A DNA stretch of 64,000 bases from Candidatus Omnitrophota bacterium (GCA_028715965.1 JAQUQS010000001.1:97332-161331), one strand, 5' to 3'; shown: positions 44,101-53,461, numbered from the stretch's first letter. A program made the numbers and translations. Notes: generated by a model from the letters alone, not told the origin.

Positions 44101-44759
44101 TCATAACGCGTTTTATAGCGCTCCGCTTTCCTTGCCTGCCTCTCTATCGAACGGATCTGCCGTTCCACTTCCCTTACAATATCGTTTATCCGAACCAGGT
44201 TCTCCTGGGTGCGTTCCAGTTTGAGCATGGCCTCCCTTTTCTGGGATTTGTATCGGGTAATACCGCTGGCCTCCTCAAAAAGATACCTTCTCTCTTCGGG
44301 CTTGGAACTCAAGACCATGTCCATTCTTCCCTGTTCCACGACCGAATAGGAACTGGTGCCTATACCGGTACCCATTAACAGACCGCGTATATCCGCGAGC
44401 CGCACAGGCATCTTGTTCAGGAGATATTCACTTTCCCCGGAGCGGTATAACCTTCTTGTTACCGTTACCTCGTCATAATCGACCGGTAATATCCTGTCCT
44501 CGTTCGAGAGGGTCAAAGACACCTCGGCAAAACCCAGCGGATCATGTTTTTCCGTACCGTTGAAGATCACATCCTGCATGGCCGACGAACGCATGGATTT
44601 CGCGGATTGTTCCCCGAGTACCCACTTTATAGAGTCAACTATGTTGCTTTTCCCGCACCCGTTCGGTCCTACTATCGCCGTTACCCCGGGTTCGAACTTC
44701 AACTTAGTCTTGTTCAGAAAAGATTTAAAACCCAGTATCTCAAGGCTTTTGAAATACAT
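41154..44759 (-). CDS. smc: Chromosome segregation protein SMC.
   Basis: The 1201-aa ORF has an N-terminal Walker A (GPNGCGKSN), long coiled coils, a hinge and a C-terminal ABC signature (LSGGEKA..). Confidence 0.95.
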   Translation of the reverse strand: MYFKSLEILGFKSFLNKTKLKFEPGVTAIVGPNGCGKSNIVDSIKWVLGEQSAKSMRSSAMQDVIFNGTEKHDPLGFAEVSLTLSNEDRILPVDYDEVTVTRRLYRSGESEYLLNKMPVRLADIRGLLMGTGIGTSSYSVVEQGRMDMVLSSKPEERRYLFEEASGITRYKSQKREAMLKLERTQENLVRINDIVREVERQIRSIERQARKAERYKTRYEELKGLEVKQALKKYHDLGSNDSSIADMNGDIKRLAEEKSSALEGAASALAGFREDFKMVMEKLQEIQNQVTIMASELDKNRHVITVNRERVEELQKYVERLDWEIEDITERREGLKTRLEELDRRFGEVNRRRTEKDAELAQAEENVRGMSESIELCRHELKFSRERTVDIVSEATKARNLAIKLQADISNAVAREKRLKAEKVNVEAEKTRVVEEVGALDAKAEGVKGKLEGKKKEFYAFNEEYQAKHNRNILLGGEKSDREKQLNAIRPRRQFLEKLISEREGINDGAKVIMERVEAQDQDFKGVCGILSEIVNVKDGYGEAMESVMGYLSQAVVVETRSDAQKVMSFLREGSMENVSLIILEELSARATGEDIPGDVPGFGPAMSVIRTDERYIPALRELLSRTLVAGPSSRVEEAVSGTEPFPYAVLGEKGEISRRGVRRSRNYSGKEVLPLFGRQEKVREMLADEERIEKEIEGLNAEISVLENWIRDSQARKEHLESDLRECQMEFADISSRRGAVRDKLDSIDKELNVVAAEIAEESGIIISLREELSRAEEKSRELEEENIRLNAVMEESQLVIQDKSRLREEALFAISDIKAELSGLRKEEENISENLTRERTSFERMEHEVGDKRGRIAESGQRIKELNEQTKELETRIGECEKAIGEKNDEITLVRESKEELSVRVREEEEKVKRFEKELEEARDRIRDLDIQKKELEYKRQALVDRMLETYKVDIEKSLSCEGDAQEENWQEVEARINDLKDQIDKMGEVSLGAVEEHKQLEERFQFLTKQRDDLVESRESLLKAIRQINQTTRKLFIETFDKIKVEFNSYFRMLFNGGKAELVLQDESNVLECGIDIVVRPPGKKLHNIMQLSGGEKAMTAIALIFAIFKVNPSPFCILDEIDAPLDESNIVRFCRVLQEFLKLSQFIIVTHNRMTIQLADVLYGITMQEKGVSKIVSVKFTEDERSEAEEPAAVVSA

Positions 44760-44773
44760 CTTACCTCCCGTCC

Positions 44774-44971
44774 TTATTTTCCTTCGAGTATCCTTCTCAT
44801 CTTCTCGATGTCTTCTTCGGTGTATTCACGGTAACCGTTTATCGGGTTACGGCGCGGCACAGGGAATATCCCCTTCTTTTCGTAATTTATCACAGTGCCT
44901 CTATAAAGCCCAAGAATATCAGCTATCTGCTGGACCGTATATTTCCTTACACCTCTTGAGATCATCTCCAT
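44774..44971 (-). CDS. Small stand-alone MerR-family HTH protein (DNA-binding domain only).
   Basis: The 65-aa ORF begins YTVQQIADILGLYRGTVINYEKKGIFPVPRRNPINGYREYTEEDIEKM, a MerR N-terminal HTH signature. There is no effector domain. It lies 15 nt upstream of smc. Confidence 0.7.
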   Translation of the reverse strand: MEMISRGVRKYTVQQIADILGLYRGTVINYEKKGIFPVPRRNPINGYREYTEEDIEKMRRILEGK

Positions 44972-45033
44972 GCGTTAAACCCAACTTTGATATGGTTTGT
45001 ATATGTTTATTGATGTTTGTAAAATTTTACTAA

Positions 45034-45062
45034 AGTATACATACGTTTCTTATACAAGTCAA
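45034..45062 (-). promoter_or_regulatory. Candidate promoter for the MerR-like gene and smc.
   Basis: The minus strand reads TTGACT-N17-TATACT in the AT-rich gap between the etfA terminator and the MerR-like ORF. Confidence 0.4.
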
Positions 45063-45140
45063 GAAAATGTCCAGGCAAAAAACACCATATATTGTATAAC
45101 ATAAAAATATAAATACTACAACTGTTTTTTTCGGGGGATG

Positions 45141-45172
45141 ACAAAAAAATAGCGGGCCGTATTATGCCCGCT
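45141..45172 (-). terminator. Rho-independent terminator downstream of etfA.
   Basis: AGCGGGC-cgtattat-GCCCGCT, a 7-bp GC-rich stem. It is preceded on the plus strand by A7, which gives UUUUUUU after the hairpin on the minus-strand transcript. Confidence 0.65.
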
Positions 45173-45199
45173 ATTGATAGAGGTCGGATACCGTTTATA

Positions 45200-46405
45200 T
45201 TATCCTAATACCTTCTTGAACTCCTGAGTAAGCGCCGGTAATACCTTGAAAAGGTCTCCCACTATACCATAAGTAGCTACGCCGAATATAGGCGCCTCGG
45301 GATCCTTATTAATAGCTACGATCACGTCCGATGACTTCATCCCGATAAGGTGCTGTATCTGGCCGCTTATACCACAAGCGATATATAGTTTCGGGCATAC
45401 GGTCTTACCGGTCTGCCCGACCTGGTGCGAGTACGGGATCCATCCGGCATCGACCGCCGACCTCGATGCCCCCACCGCGGCGTTAAGCCCCAGCGCCAGT
45501 TCCCTGATGATCTCGAAATTCTCTTTTGAGCCCACACCTCGCCCCCCGGAGACAATTATATCCGCTTCCGCTATATTTATGGTCGATTCTATCTCCTCGA
45601 CGATATCGATAAGCTTTGTCCTTGAAGCGTATGTATCCTCATCAAAGGATTCGCGTATTATTTCGCCCTTCCTGGAACTATCAGCTTCGGCCTCTTTCAT
45701 GACCTTATGTCTTACGGTGGACATCTGCGGCCTGGAATTGGGCGTGATTATGGTAGCCATGATATTACCACCAAAAGCCGGCCTTGTCTGGAGAAGCAGT
45801 TTTTCGTCCGGATCTATATCGAGCCCCGTACAATCCGCGGTAAGCCCGGCCCTTATGTCCACAGCTACGCGTGATATCAGGCTCCTGCCTATGGTGGTAG
45901 CCCCGCAAAGCACTATTTCCGGTTTATATTGCGACACCAGCTTGATAAGGACCTTGGTATAAGGGTCGTCCTGATATACCCTCAATTTGGGGGAATCCAC
46001 GAGATATACTTTATCGGCGCCTTTTTCTATGAGTTCCCTGCACACATCTTCCACTCCGTCGCCCAAAAGCACCGCGCAAAGCTTAACCCCGAGCTTATCC
46101 GCGAGTTCCCTGCCTTTTCCCAGTAGCTCGAACGCCACGGACTGCACTTTTCCCTTTTTCTGCTCGGCGAAGACCCATACATCCTTATACATGGAAAAAT
46201 CTTTTTTAGCGGCGGTGTCTTTTTTCTTTATATCGATGGCATCGAACTTACACACCTCTACGCAGGCCCCGCATAACGTACACTTGGTAAGGTCAATGAC
46301 CGCTTTCTTGTTCTCTACGGTCATGGCACCGAAAGGGCATTCCTTTACGCACAGCTTACATCCAATGCATTTATCGTTGATCTTTATCGGCAGTTCTCCG
46401 CTCAT
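45200..46405 (-). CDS. etfA: Electron transfer flavoprotein alpha subunit with an N-terminal 2x[4Fe-4S] ferredoxin domain.
   Basis: The 401-aa ORF has two CxxCxxCxxxCP motifs (CIGCKLCVKECP, CTLCGACVEVC) and then an EtfA FAD-binding domain (..ACGISGQIQHL..). Confidence 0.9.
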   Translation of the reverse strand: MSGELPIKINDKCIGCKLCVKECPFGAMTVENKKAVIDLTKCTLCGACVEVCKFDAIDIKKKDTAAKKDFSMYKDVWVFAEQKKGKVQSVAFELLGKGRELADKLGVKLCAVLLGDGVEDVCRELIEKGADKVYLVDSPKLRVYQDDPYTKVLIKLVSQYKPEIVLCGATTIGRSLISRVAVDIRAGLTADCTGLDIDPDEKLLLQTRPAFGGNIMATIITPNSRPQMSTVRHKVMKEAEADSSRKGEIIRESFDEDTYASRTKLIDIVEEIESTINIAEADIIVSGGRGVGSKENFEIIRELALGLNAAVGASRSAVDAGWIPYSHQVGQTGKTVCPKLYIACGISGQIQHLIGMKSSDVIVAINKDPEAPIFGVATYGIVGDLFKVLPALTQEFKKVLG

Positions 46406-46424
46406 ATGCGCTCCATCTCCCGTT

Positions 46425-47216
46425 CTATCCGCCTATCACAACATCCTTGATAAGTCCGGCCAATTCTATGGCCGCGTCCTTTTCCTCGCCGCCTATGATC
46501 TGACCGCCTCCCCTTGGGGGCGGAGAGAACACCTTCACGACCCTGGTGGGGGACCCATCAAGGCCTATGTTCTCCGGCTCGCAGGCGACATCTTCCGCCG
46601 TCCAGACAACTATCTCGGCCTTCTTTGCCTTCATCTTACCCTTGAGGGACGGAAGCCTGGGTTCGTTTATCTCTTTTACCACCGTGAATAATACCGGTAT
46701 AGGCGTTTCGACTATATCATAACCCTCTTCGGTCATACGTTCGACCACAGCGGAGGTCTTGTCCAGTTTTTCGATCTTTTTCACATATGTTACCTGCGGA
46801 ATCCCCAGATGCATGGATATACCGGGACCTACTTGGGCGGTATCCCCGTCGGAGGCCTGTTTCCCGCAGAATATGATACCGAAATCTCCCACCTTCTTTA
46901 TGGCCTGTGAGATAGTATAGCTGGTGGCCCAGGTATCACTGCCGGCGAACTTCCTGTCGGAAAGCAGTATAGCGCTGTCACAACCCATGGATATGGCTTC
47001 CCGCAGGGCTTGGTCCGCCTGGGGCGGCCCCATGCAGATAACAACGACCTCGGAATCCCCCAGCTTCTCCTTGACCCTTATGGCTTCTTCAATGGCGTAC
47101 ATATCAAAGGGATTTATGACCGCTGCCACGCCTTCACGCTTGAGCGTGTTCGTTACCGGGTCTATCTTCACGTCCGTCGAGTCCGGAACCTGTTTTATAA
47201 GGACCAATATCTTCAT
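46425..47216 (-). CDS. etfB: Electron transfer flavoprotein beta subunit.
   Basis: The 263-aa ORF begins MKILVLIKQVPD and has the EtfB family signature. Confidence 0.9.
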   Translation of the reverse strand: MKILVLIKQVPDSTDVKIDPVTNTLKREGVAAVINPFDMYAIEEAIRVKEKLGDSEVVVICMGPPQADQALREAISMGCDSAILLSDRKFAGSDTWATSYTISQAIKKVGDFGIIFCGKQASDGDTAQVGPGISMHLGIPQVTYVKKIEKLDKTSAVVERMTEEGYDIVETPIPVLFTVVKEINEPRLPSLKGKMKAKKAEIVVWTAEDVACEPENIGLDGSPTRVVKVFSPPPRGGGQIIGGEEKDAAIELAGLIKDVVIGG

Positions 47217-47235
47217 TGTTGCTCTTCCTTCCGGC

Positions 47236-48396
47236 TTATTTCTTCTTGCCCAGGCTCTCTTTTATGAGAGCCGATGCTATCACGCTTCTCTGTATCTGGT
47301 TGGTGCCCTCATATATCTGCGTGATCTTCGCATCCCTCATGAGTTTCTCTACCGGGTATTCTTTCATATATCCATATCCGCCGAAGATCTGTACAGCATC
47401 CACGGTGACCTTCATCGCCGTATCGGACGCGAACGTCTTGCTCATGGCCGATATCTTGGCCACATCCTTGGCTCCGGAGTCTATCATGCGAGCGGCCGAG
47501 TATATAAGCGCCCTGGAAGCCTCTACCTGTATGGCCATATCGGCGAGCATGAACTGTATCCCCTGGAAAGAGGATATGGCGCTCCCGAACTGCTTTCTCT
47601 CGTGGGCGTATTTGACCGACTCATCCAAAGCCCTCTGGGCTATGCCGACGGCCTGCGCGGCCACACCCGGACGCGAATGATCGAACGTCTTCATGGCCAC
47701 TATGAACCCAAGGCCTTCCCTGCCCAGCAGGTTCTCTTTAGGCACCTTAACGTCCTGGAATATCACCTCGCGCGTTGCCGATCCCCTGATACCAAGCTTA
47801 TCTTCCTTCTTGCCAAAGCTCAGGCCCGGAGTACCTTTTTCGACTATAAAGGCGCTTGCGCCACGCGCGCCTTTGGATCTGTCCGTCATGGCGATAACAG
47901 TGTATATCTCGGCTTCACCACCGTTGGTTATCCACTGTTTGGTCCCGTTCAATATATAATGGTCCCCGTCCTTCACGGCCGTGGTCTTTATGCTTCCGGC
48001 ATCCGATCCGGCTTCCGCTTCCGTTATACAGAAAGCGGCAAGGGTCTTCCCCGCGGCTATATTAGGCAGGTATTTCGCTTTCTGGTCATCGTTACCATAA
48101 AGCAATATAGGAAAAGTCCCCAGACCGGTAGCGGCGAAAGCCAGGGCAATACCTCCGCATCCCCAGGAAAGTTCCTCCGCGGCGATGGCCATTTCCAGGA
48201 CCCCGCCGCCCATACCACCATATTCTTCGGGTATATACACGCCATAGATATCGGATTCGGCCATGACCTTGACTATATCCCATGGGAACTCACCGGTCTC
48301 GTCATGATGAGCCGCAACTGGTTTTATTTTCTCTTCGGCGATCTGGTGGCATAGATCCCTTATCATCTGCTGTTCTTCGGTCAATAAGTAATCCAT
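47236..48396 (-). CDS. Short-chain acyl-CoA dehydrogenase (butyryl-CoA dehydrogenase-like).
   Basis: The 386-aa ORF has ACAD N/M/C domains (..CITEAEAGSDAGS.., ..QIFGGYGY..). Confidence 0.9.
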   Translation of the reverse strand: MDYLLTEEQQMIRDLCHQIAEEKIKPVAAHHDETGEFPWDIVKVMAESDIYGVYIPEEYGGMGGGVLEMAIAAEELSWGCGGIALAFAATGLGTFPILLYGNDDQKAKYLPNIAAGKTLAAFCITEAEAGSDAGSIKTTAVKDGDHYILNGTKQWITNGGEAEIYTVIAMTDRSKGARGASAFIVEKGTPGLSFGKKEDKLGIRGSATREVIFQDVKVPKENLLGREGLGFIVAMKTFDHSRPGVAAQAVGIAQRALDESVKYAHERKQFGSAISSFQGIQFMLADMAIQVEASRALIYSAARMIDSGAKDVAKISAMSKTFASDTAMKVTVDAVQIFGGYGYMKEYPVEKLMRDAKITQIYEGTNQIQRSVIASALIKESLGKKK

Positions 48397-48490
48397 ATCT
48401 TCTCCTTACGTTTTCGTGACCCGTAAAACATCACGGACTTTACCGGGCCAAAGAATTTGAGTTTCAAGATATAATTGATCTAAACCGGGT

Positions 48491-49753
48491 TCATCCTTCG
48501 AACTTCTTAACGACCAGGCTCACATTATGCCCGCCAAAACCGAGAGAATTACTTAGCGCTACCTTAACATCGGCTTCTCTGGCGGTATTCGGGACATAAT
48601 CAAGGTCGCAATCAGGGTCAGGGTATTCATAGTTGATTGTGGGAGGCAGAACTCTTTCCTCTATGGCTTTAGCGCATGCGATCAGCTCTATCGCGCCTGT
48701 AGCGCCTAACAGGTGCCCGGTGACGCCTTTAGTAGAACTTACCGCCATTTTGTAAGCATGGTCACCAAAAACCTTTTTTATGGCAGCCGTTTCCATCTTA
48801 TCATTGAGCTGCGTGGAGGTACCATGCGCGTTTATGTAGTCTACTGCTTCCACGTTAAGTCCGGCATCCTCTACGGCGGCCTTCATGCATCTTATAGCGC
48901 CGTCCCCTTCGGGATCAGGAGCTGTCATATGATACGCGTCCCCGCTCATACCGTATCCCACGACCTCACAATAGATATGGGCCCCTCTTTTCTTGGCGTG
49001 CTCCAGCTCCTCAAGTACCACTATAGCCGCGCCTTCGCCCATTATGAACCCGTCCCTTTCCCTGTCGAACGGGCGTGAAGCATGTTCCGGGTCATCGTTC
49101 CTGGTGGTCAGCGCCTTGAGGGCGCAAAAACCCCCGAATCCCATTCTCGTTATAGCCGCTTCGGACCCTCCGGCCACCATTATATCCGCCTCATCCCTCT
49201 GTATGATCTTAAAAGCGTCCCCTATTGAGTGGCTGGCGGTAGCGCAAGCTGTGACCGCCGCGGAGTTCGGGCCTTTGAACCCCAGCTCTATGGAGACCAG
49301 GCCGGACCCCATATTAACGATGAGCATGGGGATAAGGAACGGTGACATCCTGGATGCCGCTACCGTCTCGTTCTCCGACATTATGTATTTTGAATGCTCT
49401 TTCTCTATGGTATGGAGCCCGCCTATACCTGACCCGATATATACACCGGCCCGCTCGGTATTGATCTTGGAGACCTCTATCCCGCTGTCGTCAACAGCCA
49501 TCTTGGCGGCGGCTATCGCGAACTTAACGAACGGATCCAGCCTTTTTTCCTGCTTGGGGCTTATGAACAAGGTCGGGTCGAAGCCTTTGACCTCTGCGGC
49601 TACCTGGGAATTAAACGGAGTAGGATCGAAGGCGGTAAGACGGGCTACACCCGTCTTACCGTTAACCATCGCATACCACGCATCTTTGACATTGTTCCCT
49701 ACCGGGGTCACTGCGCCGGTCCCTGTAAGGACAACTCTTCTTTTATGGGACAT
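48491..49753 (-). CDS. fabF: Beta-ketoacyl-ACP synthase II.
   Basis: The 420-aa ORF has the KAS II active-site Cys region (..[10 protein letters not shown]..) and His/His motifs. Confidence 0.9.
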   Translation of the reverse strand: MSHKRRVVLTGTGAVTPVGNNVKDAWYAMVNGKTGVARLTAFDPTPFNSQVAAEVKGFDPTLFISPKQEKRLDPFVKFAIAAAKMAVDDSGIEVSKINTERAGVYIGSGIGGLHTIEKEHSKYIMSENETVAASRMSPFLIPMLIVNMGSGLVSIELGFKGPNSAAVTACATASHSIGDAFKIIQRDEADIMVAGGSEAAITRMGFGGFCALKALTTRNDDPEHASRPFDRERDGFIMGEGAAIVVLEELEHAKKRGAHIYCEVVGYGMSGDAYHMTAPDPEGDGAIRCMKAAVEDAGLNVEAVDYINAHGTSTQLNDKMETAAIKKVFGDHAYKMAVSSTKGVTGHLLGATGAIELIACAKAIEERVLPPTINYEYPDPDCDLDYVPNTAREADVKVALSNSLGFGGHNVSLVVKKFEG

Positions 49754-49776
49754 AATCGGATAATCTTATTTTTAGA

Positions 49777-50016
49777 TTACTTGGCTGCTTTTTCTTCGAT
49801 ATAAGTGATAGCCTCTCCGACCGTCGTGAGCTTTTCGGCGTCTTCGTCCGGTATTTCAGCCCCGAACTCTTCCTCAAGCGCCATAACAAGCTCAACAGTA
49901 TCCAGAGAATCGGCACCAAGATCGTCTATGAACTTCGCATCTTCTCTGACCTCTTCGATCTTTACACCAAGCTGTTCAGCCACGATCGCTTTGACCTTTT
50001 CAGCTATCTCCGACAT
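49777..50016 (-). CDS. acpP: Acyl carrier protein.
   Basis: The 79-aa ORF has [21 protein letters not shown], the phosphopantetheine attachment Ser. Confidence 0.9.
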   Translation of the reverse strand: MSEIAEKVKAIVAEQLGVKIEEVREDAKFIDDLGADSLDTVELVMALEEEFGAEIPDEDAEKLTTVGEAITYIEEKAAK

Positions 50017-50110
50017 TGTTCCTCCTTTTACGCGTTTTTAGTTGCTACAGTTAGATACCTATTAATGGCTTACTGTCATTCTGGCAAGCCGTAGAGCTTT
50101 CGGCCGTGGC

Positions 50111-50854
50111 CTACATCACCATTCCGCCGTCAACTTTTATTACCTGACCCGTTATATAAGAAGACCCTTCACCGACCAGGAAAAGCGCCAACTTTGCCAC
50201 ATCTGAGGTATCCCCCATCCTTCCGAGGGGGATAAGCCCCAAAAGCTTCTCTCTCGCCTCCGCGGACAGCTTATCGGTCATATCGGTCTGTATGAACCCG
50301 GGAGCTATGGCGTTAACATTGATATTTCGGGATCCCATTTCCTTGGCTACCGTCTTGGTCAGGGCTATAAGCCCTCCCTTGCTGGCAGCATAATTAGCCT
50401 GGCCGGCGTTCCCCATGACCCCTATTATGGAAGCCATGTTCACTATCCTGCCGCCGCGTTGCTTCATCATAGGACGGGTCACTGCTTTTATACAGTTGAA
50501 AGCGCCCTTAAGGTTCACGTCAAGTACTGAATCCCATTCCTGTTCCGACATTCTAAGGATAAGATTATCCCTGGTAATGCCGGCATTGTTGACAAGTATA
50601 TCTAATCTTTCAAAATTGTCAAGGGTTTTCTCCACGAACCCGGTCACTTCTTCGAGCGAAGTAACGTTGACCTTGGCTGTCAGGACCTTCCTGCCTGTCG
50701 CATCTTCTATTTCCTTTTTGGTAGCGGCCAGGAATTCCTCGTTCACATCACATATGGCAAGGTCCGACCCTTCCCTGGCGAACAGGAAAGCTATCTCTTT
50801 CCCTATCCCCCTGGCCGCACCCGTTACCATGGATACCTTATTCTCGAGTTTCAT
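50111..50854 (-). CDS. fabG: 3-oxoacyl-ACP reductase.
   Basis: SDR signatures are present (TGAARGIGKEIA; YAASKGG). The start was moved to MKLENKV at 50854, which sits 4 nt downstream of a GGGGGT RBS and downstream of the promoter -10. The ORF track extends to 50890. Confidence 0.9.
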   Translation of the reverse strand: MKLENKVSMVTGAARGIGKEIAFLFAREGSDLAICDVNEEFLAATKKEIEDATGRKVLTAKVNVTSLEEVTGFVEKTLDNFERLDILVNNAGITRDNLILRMSEQEWDSVLDVNLKGAFNCIKAVTRPMMKQRGGRIVNMASIIGVMGNAGQANYAASKGGLIALTKTVAKEMGSRNINVNAIAPGFIQTDMTDKLSAEAREKLLGLIPLGRMGDTSDVAKLALFLVGEGSSYITGQVIKVDGGMVM

Positions 50855-50880
50855 CTTACCCCCTGTTTTTTTCGAACTAA

Positions 50881-50908
50881 ATTGTAACAACTATAAATGT
50901 TTTGTCAA
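50881..50908 (-). promoter_or_regulatory. Sigma70-like promoter for fabG-acpP-fabF.
   Basis: The minus strand reads TTGACA-N16-TACAAT. The fabG ATG at 50854 follows about 25 nt downstream of the -10, with a GGGGGT RBS. Confidence 0.5.
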
Positions 50909-50917
50909 GACAATTAA

Positions 50918-50942
50918 GGCCCGGGGCGGACATGTCCGGGCC
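50918..50942 (-). terminator. Stem-loop downstream of the PilZ gene (weak terminator candidate).
   Basis: GGCCCGG-(11 nt)-CCGGGCC, a 7-bp GC stem. It is followed on the minus strand by CUUAAUUGUCUUG. Confidence 0.35.
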
Positions 50943-51068
50943 GACATATGGTAAATACTCTGTTCTTTTGGACAAGATCGGGAGAACATGATGTGCCATG
51001 GGTCATTTTATCGTTTTTTACGTATCCCGCCATGCCTGTACAATAAGTTTATCCCCGCGGCACAGGAC

Positions 51069-51431
51069 CTATTCTAGGGATTGGGAATGATATTGTTCCA
51101 CTACGCGGTCAACAAGCTCCCTTTTACCATCTCCCATCTCCTGGAAAAGAACCGCTACTATACACATATTGTTGGTAGGCATTTTTTCCATCCTCAATAC
51201 CTGGCCGACACACACAACGGGATCCTCGACCGGAGAAAAACTGATCTTCAGGTCCATAAGCGCGCCTTCTTTGAGGAATTTGTTGTAATAGAACAACATG
51301 CCCCCGGCACCCAGGTTTATCACGGGTACCATATCCCATCCACCGGGGCCTTCATGAGGCCTGACCCTGAACCTTACAAGGAACTGTCTTTTTACTCGTT
51401 TATACTGTCGTCTTTCAGCGCCTCTATACAT
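51069..51431 (-). CDS. PilZ-domain protein, a putative c-di-GMP receptor.
   Basis: The 120-aa ORF has an RxxxR motif (ERRQYKR) and an N/DxSxGG-like motif (NLGAGGMLF), spaced as in PilZ domains. Confidence 0.7.
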   Translation of the reverse strand: MYRGAERRQYKRVKRQFLVRFRVRPHEGPGGWDMVPVINLGAGGMLFYYNKFLKEGALMDLKISFSPVEDPVVCVGQVLRMEKMPTNNMCIVAVLFQEMGDGKRELVDRVVEQYHSQSLE

Positions 51432-51624
51432 GAATGTTTACCTGCCGTATATTTGTCGGACTTCTTTCTGTTCTGTATAGTATACCTTAATATACTTATG
51501 AATTACAAGTGCGGCTTCCGCCGTTCCCTCCGCCTGCGCATATTCCTCCCGTCAGGCGATATTCATAAATGTAATTTTACATCCGGCCGGGGTTATTTAC
51601 AAGAAGTTATTGTTCGGGGCACGC

Positions 51625-53226
51625 TCATGGACAGGCAGTATCATCCGACGATATTTTACTTGTTTCCGTCGAGAACCATCCTCCGGTATAGGCATCGATA
51701 TACGCGGTCAGCTCTTCTACTCGATGAACATCTTTCCGGGCACCGCCAAGGTCTTTCCTCTCTTTCCGCGAACCTGTGGCCCGTTCTCTATCCAGGATAA
51801 GCTGGATAGTCCTTTTTCTCTCGAAATATAACCGTGTAACCTCATCAAGGATATCATTCCTAAGCTGGACCATGAGCTTACTGCGCACGTCGATACTCGT
51901 TTCCGAAGCGTCCCACACCAGCTCTGATAGGTCCCAGGTGAAGTTGACCCCCCAATCGTTGTCCGTTTCCCGGGGGCCCTCGAACACGTAAGAGGTGGTA
52001 GCACTGGTATATATCTCCTTATTATCATCGCTGGACTCGGAAAAGCTGAGGGATACCCTGGGGAACAACCCCTTCCACTTCAGGGCATCTCTCCACTTCC
52101 TTATTTTTGAGGGAGATACGTCGGCATACTCGACGGCCTTTCTACATACTTCCTTTATATCCGGCCCCGGGGCCATGAACCATTCACCGTAACCCCCATC
52201 TGTCCCTGTATCCGGCAATTCCACGTTACCCATACAGAGTTCATACACCTCGGAACCACGTCCCAACAATATCCCAGTACCACACTCGCCCGATCCATAT
52301 ATTTCCATGCACGGAACGGACCCGGCACCAGGGGCCCGGAATATCATATCCCATCCATGGCCATCTTTCCTTAAAGCAAAAACACCATCGCCCGCGAGCG
52401 CGAATATGGTCCCTCCCCCATAGCCCACGCTCACCGGATCATATGCTGACGGTAACTTTTCGGGTATTTTAAGATAAGTCATATCGTCAGGGGCCACCAT
52501 GTATATGTTCCCGTTATCAAGCACGACAAAACCGTCCGTATCCTCGCAATATTCAATGTGTCCCGCAACAGGCGTTATAACGTCGCTCTCTTCTTCCTCC
52601 GCGGGTTCCGTCATATCAGCCTCATCCTCTTCACCTGTGTTCGCGTCGTGGAACGCCAGGTCCCGCCAGTTCTTTTCCCGTGCGTCACAGATGAAGAATC
52701 TCCCATCCGAAAGGCATGCTATCCGGCCCCCGCTATTAAGCACATCCACTATCCGCCCGCACCTTTTGGACAGACCTAGTTTACTTATACTTCCTGCCGG
52801 CGTTCCAGAAAAATATATCTCGCGCTCGCTCCAGACTACCATTCCATCGTTATCGGCGGACATCCCCGTCATCCTCCCGGGTGTTCTCTTGATCTCCCAC
52901 CCTTCATCCTCCTTGCGATAAACCAAGCCTTTCACGGTCAGGACAACGACCTCTCCCCCCATGAAACATATATCCTTTACCCCGCCGCTCCCGGCCGGAA
53001 GACGCTCTTCTTTCCAGTTATTTTTCCCTTTCTCTGAAACAAAGAGACCTTCGGTCGTTCCCGCGAATATCCTGTCATTGTCCTGGTCTCCGGCCACAAG
53101 ACATAACACCTTACCGCACAATCCTTTACACGATATTTCACCTCCACTGGCAACACCTGTAAAGAACAGGAATATGACCAGCGATATCACCTTTATTTTC
53201 AATGGATATTTCTTCACGGACAACAT
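51625..53226 (-). CDS. Secreted hypothetical protein with a signal peptide, a Gly/Asp-rich N-terminal half (possible beta-propeller), an acidic linker and a C-terminal domain of unknown function.
   Basis: The 533-aa ORF has an N-terminal hydrophobic signal (LKIKVISLVIFLFFTGVASG), BNR/Ycf48-like repeats (e.g. IFAGTTEGLFVSEKGKNNW), an acidic stretch (EEDEADMTEPAEEEESD), and AAGGGGAAAT directly before the ATG. Confidence 0.8.
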   Translation of the reverse strand: MLSVKKYPLKIKVISLVIFLFFTGVASGGEISCKGLCGKVLCLVAGDQDNDRIFAGTTEGLFVSEKGKNNWKEERLPAGSGGVKDICFMGGEVVVLTVKGLVYRKEDEGWEIKRTPGRMTGMSADNDGMVVWSEREIYFSGTPAGSISKLGLSKRCGRIVDVLNSGGRIACLSDGRFFICDAREKNWRDLAFHDANTGEEDEADMTEPAEEEESDVITPVAGHIEYCEDTDGFVVLDNGNIYMVAPDDMTYLKIPEKLPSAYDPVSVGYGGGTIFALAGDGVFALRKDGHGWDMIFRAPGAGSVPCMEIYGSGECGTGILLGRGSEVYELCMGNVELPDTGTDGGYGEWFMAPGPDIKEVCRKAVEYADVSPSKIRKWRDALKWKGLFPRVSLSFSESSDDNKEIYTSATTSYVFEGPRETDNDWGVNFTWDLSELVWDASETSIDVRSKLMVQLRNDILDEVTRLYFERKRTIQLILDRERATGSRKERKDLGGARKDVHRVEELTAYIDAYTGGWFSTETSKISSDDTACP

Positions 53227-53425
53227 ATTTCCCCTTTCACATTTTGTCTTGACAAGAGGACAACTTTTGATAGAATAGAGTTGTCAATACAAGCGCGGAT
53301 CCGATTCAGGATTTTTCGCGTAATAAAGCGGGTGATCATCCCCTACCCTCACCCGCTTTTTATAATATCTCTTGTTTTATTTTTTGTCAATATTTTTTTG
53401 ATAATACGTTATCGCGTGCTCTCCC

Positions 53426-53454
53426 TTGCGCCATATTCCCTTGAAGTGTATAAT
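53426..53454 (+). promoter_or_regulatory. Candidate promoter placing the GH1 ATG 7 nt after the -10 box (leaderless transcript).
   Basis: TTGCGC-N17-TATAAT; the ATG at 53462 lies 7 nt after the -10. An alternative upstream promoter TTGACA-N16-TAGAAT lies at 53249-53276, overlapping inverted repeats TTGACAA/TTGTCAA and GACAACT/AGTTGTC. Confidence 0.4.
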
Positions 53455-53461
53455 TACAGAC

